A DNA stretch of 62,752 bases, counting the filler, from Dimorphilus gyrociliatus (taxonomy: Eukaryota; Animalia; Annelida): assembly GCA_904063045.1 (NCBI GenBank). It is 5 parts of 5 records of this genome, joined end to end, with 100 filler letters (N's around TTAATTAATTAA, not from the genome) between each part and the next. Parts side by side here need not be neighbours in the genome. Positions count along the whole stretch, not along the records: positions 1 to 9,770 come from CAJFCJ010000082.1; 4 more parts are not named here. The stretch is one strand, 5' to 3'. The position numbers and the translations under genes are program-made. Below the pieces are notes generated by a model. It ran no database searches. It was given only the letters and a program-made list of their open reading frames with translations, and had not been told where the DNA came from. This document shows, piece by piece, positions 1 through 9,870 of this stretch. Numbering within the stretch: position 1 is the first letter of the stretch; the number at the start of each line of letters is the position of its first letter.

Positions 1-2
1 AT

Positions 3-284
3 TTTGAAATTGAAATTTTAGGACACAATTTCAAAAAGTGTATTGATAGATCAGACATTTTACAACCAGCTGGAATTTCTGTCTATGTTCCAGTAGATAT
101 TCAAGTTGATCCAATGTTTTATGGATCATTTTTGGGTTGTTCATTAGTATCTGGTGACAATAACTTGATCTGTAAATATCGGTGTAGCTGTGGATCAAAA
201 TATTGTCAGGCGGTGTATATTAAAGCATTCGACGATATTGACGAAAATATGAGAGTTTGTCATTATAAGATAACATATGTTTGA
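3..284 (+). CDS. 3' end of a Cys-rich, probably extracellular protein (last exon, 5' truncated by the window edge)
   Basis: Frame is open from nt 3 to TGA at 282-284 (FEIEILGHNFKKC...CKYRCSCGSKYCQAVYIKAF...VCHYKITYV*). That is 93 sense codons in AT-rich DNA. Family not recognised. Confidence 0.5.
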   Translation, partial: FEIEILGHNFKKCIDRSDILQPAGISVYVPVDIQVDPMFYGSFLGCSLVSGDNNLICKYRCSCGSKYCQAVYIKAFDDIDENMRVCHYKITYV

Positions 285-1779
285 AAAGTATTTTTAAAAA
301 TTCTATTTTTTCTCCATTCAACGATTCTGATTTTTCAACGGATTGCAAGACATTCTAGTTAAGGATTAACTAGGATTAACTAGTTAATCCTTATGGTGTT
401 GTTACTCTTTTCTCACAAAATAATATAGTTTTCTTTTAAAAAATTGCAAAACATTGGGAAAACTCTGTTTTTGTCTCTCTCTCTCTCTCTCTATCTCTCT
501 CTTTCTTTCTTTCTCTCACATTCAGACATCTTTTGAACAGTTGATTATGTTTGTTTGAGAAAACTGGTAAAAAAAAATACATACTAGTTATATAAACATG
601 AAATATGAATTATGGAAATCCTCTAATCCGACTGACCTTTGTCAGTCAACATTTTCTTTCTCTTTTTATCTTTTTAAAAAAAATGAGATAGTAATTAAAA
701 AATTAGGTCAATTTTGAATTGAGGATAAAACACCCAAAAATATTTTTGGTGATCTTTAACCTTTTATTTTCAATTTTTTATCTTTGAAAGTCCAGTTATA
801 ATCTTGGCGTCACACCATTAACTTATTGGTTGGAATAGATACCAGTTTTCTTTGAAAGTCATTGGTCACGCACAACCGTATTAAAATTTTCCCATTTTAA
901 TGGCAACAGAGAATTCTATTATAGCAAGAAAGATAAAGAAAGAAATGCTTCATCCTTGTAAAACATATCACTCATAACAATTTGGGAAATTCTGTTAGAT
1001 CAATTAAGGTCCTCTCTTCCATTACTAGACAAAAAGTGCAGTGTATATTTTCTCCTCTTTTTTACCCGAACCTTCTCAGTCTGTTCATTAAAATTTCTCC
1101 TAGTTCCGCCCCCCCTCCCAACACTGATAAAATCTACCTAGAGAACACTTGGTCTCTATCATTTCCATTTATTCTTCTCCCACCTAAAAAATTCAACATT
1201 TGTCTAGACAATATAAAAAAATAATGTATACTTATTTATTTAAATTGAAATAGTCTGAATTTTAATTGGAGGTCACAAAAATAAAATATTTTTCCAAGAA
1301 ATTTCTCATTCAAACAAAACCTTAAATTTCTTTTTATGATTTCTAGGAATAATCATAAACCTTATTGTTCTACATTCACTCAAGCAAAGAGGGCAAAATT
1401 CCAAAAAGTATATAAACAGCTTAGACAATCAAAAAATAATGATTGCAAGATGATTTCTTGTATTGGTATATTGTTTTTATCTTTTGAAATTGGTAAGAAA
1501 AAAAAAATATGTTTTCTAGGGTTTATGTTTGTTTTTAGTATAAAAAAATAATCTTTAATTAACTACTCTCAGGTATTGTTCTATTAAGAAAACCTTACCT
1601 TTTCACTGATTTTGAAACAATTCTATTATTTGATTGGTATAATTCTACAAAAGTAATTTCAATACCGAAAAATTCAATCACATACAATCAAAGTGGAATA
1701 AGCAAATATGGTCAAATTGTTGGAAGCACTGCAAAATATTTACCAGATGGTTCAATTTTTTTTAATAAACCAGACCATT

Positions 1780-2316
1780 TGTACTTTGTTGTATTGTAAT
1801 TGTAGGAATTTCTGCTTCTTCAGAACAGTATTCGTCCTTTCCAATCATTTATCAATTTACCAAAGTACTGGTCCAATTAGAACCTTTCAAGTTCGTCCAC
1901 AAATAGTCTTAACAAATGTAATTTCGGTAGAAATAATTCAAGAAAATACCAGTATTTCGTCCAAAGAATATGTATTGAGTAAATGAGTTTCTAGTTCTAA
2001 ACAAGTAAGTTTAAACAACCAGTTAATCGTTAAAGAACTGAACTGACAAGCTGAGGAAATGCATTTCCTTTTATACATTTTCCAAAGCTTGGGTTCAAGT
2101 GGTCAAAGGATTACAAAGTTGAAATCTAACAGTCTCATAATTCTCATGTAACAAAAATATGAAAAACTGTTATATCACACATATAAAATATAATCCTAAG
2201 ATTAGGGCCATATGTCAAACATGTGCCGCAGTAAACAGGCCTGCCTCATCAGCATCTGGTGTTTGACCTGCATCTTTTCCATGTTCTTTGTTCCTTTGTT
2301 AATTCCCTATTAGCCA
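1780..2316 (-). mobile_element. Solo LTR, family A (related to the LTR of the env-bearing gypsy element at 26692-27635)
   Basis: Starts TG and ends CA, flanked by CCATT on both sides (1775-1779, 2317-2321). The reverse complement of ~1780-2090 aligns by eye with ~27330-27635 (shared cttgtttagaactagaaactcatttactc, gtggacgaacttgaaaggttcta, cctacaattacaatacaacaaagtaca). Confidence 0.75.
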
Positions 2317-2321
2317 CCATT

Positions 2322-2546
2322 TGTTACAGTCAAGAGTCTATTTCTTATGAAATAGAGCTCTTTCTAAACTACTAAAAGCTAACACTATGAAATAAAAGTC
2401 TTTCTAAAGTTCCACCACTATAATTCCTACGACATATAAGTATTTCTATAGTTACACCAGTCTAATTCTTATAAAATAGAAGTCTTTCTAATGTACCCTT
2501 ATATCTAAAGTCTAAGTATTGATATATCATTATATCTAAGTGCACA
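2322..2546 (+). mobile_element. Solo LTR, family B (225 bp)
   Basis: TGTTACA...GTGCACA termini with a perfect 5-bp TSD CCATT (2317-2321, 2547-2551). A second diverged copy lies inverted at 4722-4915. Orientation is arbitrary. Confidence 0.75.
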
Positions 2547-4721
2547 CCATTTCAAAGTATTTTTGCCTCTTTTTGTCTCTCTTATTGATGCTAATTAATT
2601 AATATTTCTCTTAGATTCTTAATGATAGCGATTTTGGATCTCCATTGAGGAGTTTCACTTGTGAAGTGATATTTAGACTGACTAAAGATTTGACAAAACA
2701 AATTTACATTTTTCATAAACTTAGGCATGTTATATTAAAAATTTCAATAAAAGGTTCTGGCCTAACTCATACTGGAGATCGTTTTCAAAACTTCAATATA
2801 GCTTCTTTTGATGGACATATGCAACTTTAGTTTATAAAGCTTCTTTACCAGAACTTTCAGTATTCATTAATGGGAAACAAGGTTCATATTTCCACAGAGA
2901 GTCAGATAATGTCAACAAAGAATATTTATTTGGCAGCCTGTTTTAACAGTTGTTATAAAGAAGACTTTAGTGGACAAATATATGCTTTTAAATGGGCTCA
3001 TAATATAAAATCCAAAAATGATATACTTTCTACATGGCTATCAAGTAAGTTCAAAGGTGCTATTGTTACAATAACAACTCAACATCATTATGATCATCAG
3101 GATTAAAAAAAAAACAGGATTAATTACTTAAAAACACATTAACCTTAAAAACTTGTTGTTTCTTTTTTATTATTATATTTTGAAATATTAATTAGACAAA
3201 AAATATTTATGTTGGAGAAAAATAATTCAATAGAGAAGACTTTTTTTTTCTACAGTAAAATTTTGCAGTAGATTTTCTTCGAAACTATACTAAAATAATT
3301 TCTGTAGTTTTTCTCTGTTATATTATTTTTAACCAATTTTCATAGTCTATGACTAATTTGAAAAATTAACAATCTGAAAATCCATAATGTTTTAGATTTG
3401 TCTCCCAGAAAACTGAACATAGCAGTTTCTCAACTTTTTTTTTGAATATTTTTCCATGTTTTGAAATAAATATTCTATTTTTCTATCAATTCAAGGGCTA
3501 ATCAAGCTAAGATCTAATTGTATCTTATCACATTTCCTGCTATATTTATCTAAAATATGGTGTTGCCCTGGACTGGTTCATCCCATTTTTTTTTTGAAAC
3601 ATCAAAGTTTTTATGTGTCTCCAATTGAATAAGGATGATGATTGTTTAGCAAGAAATCCTTGAATGTTCAGAAGATGCCGATGGTGAAAGAAAATCTAAT
3701 AAATTTTGCCATGTAAAATCTTTTGATAGTGAAGGTGGTCAATACGGAACATTGAAAAATGAAAGCAATTGTAGGCAATGTTATCATTGTTATGATAAAG
3801 TTGCCTGGCCTGAGCAGTGTCCCCTGGGTTATTTCTTTAGCGTATCAATTGAGAATCATGGTTACACCACAGTAACGTGTGCTAAATCCAAAAAGGAGGA
3901 TGGTGGGAATGGTCTGAATGGTATGGATGTCATCCATCCTGTGAGAACGGCTTAAAAACTTGTAGAAGAACTTGTACAAATCCTACACCTTTAAATGAAG
4001 GAGATAAATGTTTAGGAAATTTAGTTGAAACAGAAGCTTTCTTTGCAGTTCAAACAGAAATGAGCAGAGCAGGATTATTAAATTGACACCAATAGCACTA
4101 ATGTATATTTCACCTTTTTAAAACTGGTATATTGCAACTATTCTATTTCTATTATTCTGTCACGTGATCAAAGAAATACAATCATTCGTCAAATACTATT
4201 TGAAAATAAGTTAATAATTTCATTCACTTTTAACCTTGGAACAAATTACAGATTATTGTGTCGATGTATTTTAAATTCTAAACAACTTTATTATCTTTGG
4301 AATTAATAATACAATTTTTGGGCTGAATTGAATCATTAGCTGATTTGCATACGAAAATATTTCAAAAGTTTCACACAGTCATTTCTTCGATCTTGGTAAA
4401 GAAAGATAGGTTAGAAGATTTTTATAAAATATTTAAAAGTGAAAAATTGCAATGCAGCGTTTATCGCATTCAAAAAAATCAAGTTGGATATGACCAGTTT
4501 ACATTATTTTTCATATTACAATTCACCTATGGAAGAAAAAAAAAACAATAACATTTGGCCAAATATGAACTTGGTTAGTCATCTTAAATTGATGAAAATC
4601 TCTACCATCTTATAAATTTGAAAAAATGAGAAACCAGTCTAGAAAATCTTTTGAATCAATTAGTTAAATTTGCTTTAGTTCATTTTGTATTTTTTATATT
4701 ATCATTATTTGTTAAAATTAT

Positions 4722-4915
4722 TGTGCACTTAGATATAAGGGTACATTGGAAAGACTTCAATTTTATAGGAATTAGACTGGTGCAACTATAGAAATACTTA
4801 TATTTCGTAGGAATTATAATGGTGGAACGTTAGAAAGACTTTTATTTCGTAGAGTTAGCTTTTAGTACTTTAGAAAGAACTCTATTTCGTAAGAAATAGA
4901 CTCTTTGACTGTAAC
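4722..4915 (-). mobile_element. Second copy of LTR family B (inverted; end abuts telomere-like repeats)
   Basis: Reverse complement aligns with 2323-2546, lacking a ~30-bp internal segment and carrying scattered substitutions. Confidence 0.75.
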
Positions 4916-4950
4916 CTAACCCTAACCTAACCTAACCCTAACCCTAACCC
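4912..4950. repeat. Interstitial telomere-like tract, mixed (TAACC)/(TAACCC) x7
   Basis: Read directly: taacc taaccc taacc taacc taaccc taaccc taaccc. Confidence 0.85.
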
Positions 4951-5025
4951 TGATAAATGATTGGAAAGGACGAATACTGTTCTGAAGAAGCAGAAATTCC
5001 TACAATTACAATACAACAAAGTACA
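4951..5025 (+). mobile_element. 3' fragment of LTR family A
   Basis: tgataaatgattggaaaggacg...caatacaacaaagtaca closely matches the reverse complement of ~1780-1855 and ends at the same AAAGTACA terminus. Confidence 0.8.
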
Positions 5026-5192
5026 AATATTTCCAATAAATATTTAGTGCGGTCTGAATATTTATAAAAAATACAAATCAAATGTCCTTGACAGTAAGAC
5101 AGCAATTGACAAGGCAAAAGGTGATAAATAATTTATTATTGTTTCTATAAAAAGTTTACTATACTTTACCAATTAAGACGTTTTAATAGAAA

Positions 5193-5399
5193 ATGGTCGA
5201 TTCAATTTTATTTGAAGAGTTAAAGTGCAAAATTTGTTCTAAAGAGTTTGCAAATGTTGTACTCATACCTTGTAGACACGCTGCTTTATGCCAGGAATGC
5301 CTACAAAAAATTGAGAAGAGAGAGTGTCCCCGTTGTTGGGAAGCCTTTACCCACTATGAGATAATTATATATGACCCATATATTTATTACTTTTCCTAA
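5193..5399 (+). CDS. Small C3HC4 RING-finger protein (IAP/MDM2-type RING)
   Basis: CKIC...VVLIPCRHAALCQEC...RECPRC matches the C-x2-C...PCxH...CxxC...CPxC pattern. Confidence 0.7.
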   Translation: MVDSILFEELKCKICSKEFANVVLIPCRHAALCQECLQKIEKRECPRCWEAFTHYEIIIYDPYIYYFS

Positions 5400-5889
5400 T
5401 GTGGGCAACCTTTTAACATCCTGTTACTAAACATAAATATGAACTACACAGTTCGACAACTATAAAATGATGATAGGATATCAGAGGCAAACCTCAAAGT
5501 ATGTAAATCCTCACTATTTTCATTCTAAGAATTCCTATCTGGACCCAAGGACCTGGAAGGATAATCTGGAAACAACTTCCAATGGAATGGGGTAATGGAA
5601 AAGGTTAGGCACAGCTAAGGGCTGGGTTAGGGTTAGGGTAAAAGCACTCATTTGTGGACATTTTCTGTTGCATCCGAACTATCTTACTCTGCTATTGAAC
5701 TATCATATTTGCTACTTGCTTAAGTATTATTATTTTGAATAAAGCGTTTTAATTTAAACATTTGTTTAAAGGTTCGAGTAGAACCAGTATTGTTATAACT
5801 TGCAAACACATAAATTTGCCAAGCAAGAGCTGTACACCAGTTATGTGAGTACTTTCGTGAATTGGTAAATGATGGGAAAGGACAAATTA

Positions 5890-5975
5890 AATTTTCTTTT
5901 TCTTTTCCTTGTTCTAAGACTGTGCCAACTGCATAATTGAAAATATTTGTTGTTAAATAGAATACAATGCCATTT
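5890..5975 (-). pseudogene. Degenerate Ty3/gypsy RNase H fragment
   Basis: FYLTTNIFNYAVGTVLEQ is recognisably homologous, in DNA and protein, to FYLTTDASNYAVGAVLEQ at ~22350-22405. The catalytic Asp has been lost. Confidence 0.7.
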
Positions 5976-6478
5976 ATTGTCAAGATTCAAATGGCCATAA
6001 TAATAAAGAATTCCCTAAATAATATCATGAAGAATTGGCAACAGCAAATTAAACTCTACAAGGATGATAAACAAATTTATGGTGTCTTTATGGCCTTTGA
6101 AAATAAGAATTGTGATTAATTAGTATAGTATTAGTATCATAATCTGCAAACTTTAGGTTAAGATGTACTGACAAATTCATAGCAAAAAACCTTATGAAGA
6201 GTTTTATTTCTTAGAAAGAAGAATAATTATTAAAACAGATGGAGCCACTGTACAATTGGTCGTATAGCTTTAAATTTTTTAGGATTATATTTGCTTTCTT
6301 TTAATAAAATCATGGAAAGTTTTTATTGTTCAAAGTCAATTTCTTTTTAAATTTTTTAAAAATAAAAACTGGAAGAAAAGTTGACATTTAAATCATTGAG
6401 CATTCTTTTTTATAAATTCAAATTCAAATTATGTCTGAAATATAACAATACATTTATCATTTTATCAACATTGCTGAT

Positions 6479-6868
6479 ATGTCAATGAATTCGAGCTGTA
6501 ACAGTGAATTCACAAAAGAGATATATAATTCATTTAACTTTGAATGCAAAAATGTTCTCTATCCAACTTGGGTGAAATTGGATTCTTGGTTTCTAGATTG
6601 TGGATCTGAATGCTCTTCTCAAAGGATTACAGTAACTTTTAGAAAGAAAAATGATATATCTGAACTTTGTGTATCTCAATCATATCTAAGTTTGAAACAC
6701 AAAGCAAACTTTATTCTATTTATATTTAACAATACAGAAAACATCAAAGTCAGATTGGATAAAAATTCAAGTATAAAGTGTTTTCTACCAAAATTAAAGA
6801 ATGGAAAACAACTACAAAAACTGGACATGGTTGTTTATAATTTCCATAGTGAGAGAGTGTATGGTTAA
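6479..6868 (+). CDS. Possible exon or pseudo-exon of an unidentified extracellular protein
   Basis: 129-codon ORF with Cys/Trp and beta-strand-like composition. No family recognised. Confidence 0.3.
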   Translation: MSMNSSCNSEFTKEIYNSFNFECKNVLYPTWVKLDSWFLDCGSECSSQRITVTFRKKNDISELCVSQSYLSLKHKANFILFIFNNTENIKVRLDKNSSIKCFLPKLKNGKQLQKLDMVVYNFHSERVYG

Positions 6869-7066
6869 GTTAACTAACATATAAATTTTTATATAAAATG
6901 AAAGAAGACAAATCATCAGTTTATTTTTAGGAAAAATACAATGAAAGAGTTAGCTAATCATTAATCTCTCTTTTTTTGTTCACACAAGTTAATTTCTGTA
7001 GAACTATTCTAAAGATTAGATAAAAGACAGCATTATCAAAGTGCAAAAAAAGTGAATGTTTCATTA

Positions 7067-8015
7067 TTAATAATTTTCATCTGCTGAAGTGATGGTTTGT
7101 AAGTCAGTAGTTTCTATCTTGATGAATTTATGGTCCATTAGCATGATTTCTTTTTCTGCAATAAAGGACATAAGGGCTCCTGTATCAAATAAGGTAATGA
7201 CTTCTCTTCCATTATAGTGCTTTATTCGAAATTGAAAATCTTCTCTCCCTTTTACTTGAGAGGTGCAATTACTTGAAACATGCAATTTTGTCCTCTTTAA
7301 GGTTAAAGATTCCCATTGTTCCTTTAGAAATTTCTCATTTATTGGATTCCTTGGGTGCCTCTTTCCATAGGTGTGTTTCCCATTCTTTGATGTGATGGAA
7401 ATTTATTTTGGGTAAAATTTATGTTTGGATTAATTGGGTTGTTGTCAAATCATCTTTTAAATTGTTTGAATTCCTTTTCATCTTCTTTCCTTGTATTGTT
7501 CAAAAATAGCTCTGCTCTTTTTGCCAGTTTAATATATTGATTCACTGAGCTGCCCTTCCCATCTTTTTCTACATGATTAACAATATTTCCTTTAAGACCA
7601 TTCCTGAATACAGTTATCAGTTGAAGCTCTCTAACCCTTTCTGTAACACAAGCCATTTCTGTATTATTGAATGGTAGGAATTTTTCCACAAGTTCTTTAC
7701 TTCTTCTAATAAAACTTTGAACAGTTTCATCATTAAACTGTCTCAATCTATCAATATCTTTTTTAAAAGCCATAGGATCTCAATTGAATTATTCATCCAA
7801 TGAATCCAAAATTTCATTTTCATTTGATATAGAGCGTAAGCTTTCAAAAACATCTCTGGCTCTTCCAGTAATATATTTTCTCAGCAATTGAATTATTTTC
7901 TCCTCTGTCTTTCTAAGGTTTAATTCACAAGCTGTTTGAAAGTTCCTCTTAAAGGCCAGGGTTAGTATCTCTGCTACCAGAAAAGGGTCTCAGCAAAGTT
8001 ATATTAGGTTTTTCA
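7067..8015 (-). pseudogene. Ty3/gypsy gag-protease remnant, interrupted upstream by a MULE
   Basis: Capsid-like text (RPFSGSRD; ETVQSFIRRSKEL...LITVFRNGLK) with stops and frameshifts, plus the aspartic protease motif LFDTGALMSFI at 7067-7285. Confidence 0.7.
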
Positions 8016-8018
8016 TTA

Positions 8019-9770
8019 GAGTATGAGAAAAGCATCCTTGGGAAAAAACGTCCCAAGATTGGGAAAAAACATCCCAAGGTTGGGAAAAACAAGTAGTGAG
8101 AAAAGATATTTGAATTTTAAAAAAGATTGCTCTATTTTGGGAACCAATGGCAATATACTGAGAATATAATAATTAATAATGAATATATGTTTATTAAAAT
8201 GTATTAAAAATGAAAAAAGCTAAGAATGTTATACAAAGTTTAAAAGTTACTAGAATAAAGTAAAAAGTATGTTAACACACTGAGAATTATTTTGAATAGA
8301 TTAATGCAATCTTCTGCAAGAGGACAGCAGATGTAATCATTCCCAATTTGTATTCATCCTAAACAGCAAATACTTGATTCTGCTTCTGGATGACACTTCT
8401 CTTCTGATACTCTTTAGCCTTTTTTCTGATAGAAGTTTCTCTACAAACTGGAATAAGACTTGATTCCTGTTTTAAAATATCTATGAGCATATAAAATGAC
8501 CCTTTTGCAGGAGCCTTTTCATTTATTCTTCTGTGCCATCCTTCAACATCATTGTTGGTCCTGATGGCAAGACCAAATACAGACCAACAATTTGGTGTCC
8601 AAATTGAATGCTTAATCCAAGTACTTTCAATGTATTGGAAAAAATCCAAAAATTCATTTCTCTCAAAGGCCTCATCTTTTAGCATGTAGAAACTGTTTAG
8701 AATGGCTTCATCTGGAAGAAAAGGTAATGCCAAAACTTGTTTCAGCAGTCCTGCCTTCTTCTTTTCCCTATTATATTGTTGTGTGTATCCCAAATTCAAC
8801 AATAATTTAATAATAAGGCCAAGCACTGAATTTAAATATAAGCTTACTTGAATTTTTCTGTAGACAGCTTGTGTCCAATGGAAGACAGAACCTTGAAATA
8901 GGAATATTAGGGTAAACTGAGTTAAGAGCACTCCATATACCTAATTCAAAATCAACTACAAATTTGTCAGGTTGAAAACCATTTGTCAATTTTTGAATCT
9001 CCTTTTGATAAGATGAAGTTAATGAAACAGAATTAAATAACCAAATCATACTTACTTTAAGAATCATTTTGTACACTATTTTTTTCTTTGATGTTAAAAA
9101 AGCAAATGCTAATGGAATTTGTTTTGCTTCTCCATCATTTTTAATAAAAGAATGAACAGAAAAAAGCTGTACAAATGGATCCTTCACAGCCTTGAAAGTG
9201 CCATCTAAATACCATACTTTACTTTAACATAATAAAGACAGCTGGTGCTTAGAAGCAAATAGTAAAACTCTTTGATTTCTTACAACAATATCACTTTGAA
9301 GAAAATCATCTGGTATAAATGTTGTATTAAGTTCAAAATCAATTTCGTTTGGTTCTTTAGGCCTTGATTTTTGCCTATTGATATTGGCTAATCTCCTCAG
9401 ATTTTCCAGTTTTGGTAGGTTATTTTCACTTTTATTGATGTCTGACCTGATGTCTGCATTACAGATTGCTCTCAATTCTTTTCTAGCAGAAATATTCACA
9501 ATAAGGCTTTTCCTTTTGTTATGATTGTGTTCATGTTTACTCTTTATGAAAATATTTCCTTTTTGTTGAATAATAACTGGACATTGAATATTCTTATTTC
9601 TAACAGAACATCTCCAGATGGTTCTCTTGTCACTTCTAGACTTTATATTAAAAGCATAGCCATTGTTGGTCAAAATATCTTTCCCTTTTCGACTTCCACC
9701 AATAATAATATGAAATTTGTCTGAGCTTTCAGTATTCTCATTATTTTCAGTTTCATTTTCATGCAATAAA
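8019..9770 (-). mobile_element. Mutator-like (FLYWCH-MULE) DNA transposon, intron-containing, defective, right end cut by the contig edge
   Basis: FLYWCH-like GYAF...IWRCSVR...C...HEHNH; MULE core YLDGTFK, VVDFE, VFHWTQA, RTNNDVEGWHRR. In-frame TAA at 9224-9226 and a frameshift near 8900. GTAAG donor sites with ~55-nt intron-like segments. Left terminus has tandem palindromic ttgggaaaaaac(g/a)tcccaag repeats at 8037-8090. Confidence 0.8.
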
Positions 9771-9870
9771 NNNNNNNNNNNNNNNNNNNNNNNNNNNNNN
9801 NNNNNNNNNNNNNNTTAATTAATTAANNNNNNNNNNNNNNNNNNNNNNNNNNNNNNNNNNNNNNNNNNNN
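9771..9870. other. Artificial contig spacer (44 N + TTAATTAATTAA + 44 N)
   Basis: Exactly 100 bp with a six-frame stop linker. The same structure occurs four times. Confidence 0.97.

Larger units (their letters stand above)
1346..4050 (+). pseudogene. Multi-exon extracellular protein gene (LamG/concanavalin-like domain + Cys-rich segment + thrombospondin type-1 repeat), disrupted by LTR insertions and frameshifts
   Basis: Exon 1573-1779 (IVLLRKPYLF...GSIFFNKPDH) rejoins 2547-2556 and, via a GT-AG intron at 2557-2614, continues ILNDSDFGSPLRSFTCEVIFRL. LamG-like motifs follow (LSVFINGK, FSGQIYAFKW). A shifted frame from ~3895 reads GGWWEWSEWYGCHPSCENGLKTCRRTCTNPTPLNEGDKCLG, a TSP1 pattern. Confidence 0.65.

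Noticed and set aside
7969-7979. TGGTAGCAGAG on the minus strand, matching a tRNA-iMet primer-binding site
   Set aside because: It lies inside gag coding text (PFSGSRD) with no LTR-like CA end directly upstream, so it is probably coincidental.
8359-9766. Recent horizontal transfer between the animal MULE and the block-5 MULE
   Set aside because: They share only family-level motifs (FLYWCH, DGTFK, DFE). The proteins align poorly by eye and the termini differ.
9815-9826. Palindromic TTAATTAATTAA motif repeated four times
   Set aside because: Always centred in exactly 44 N + 44 N. It is a synthetic six-frame stop linker, not a biological site.
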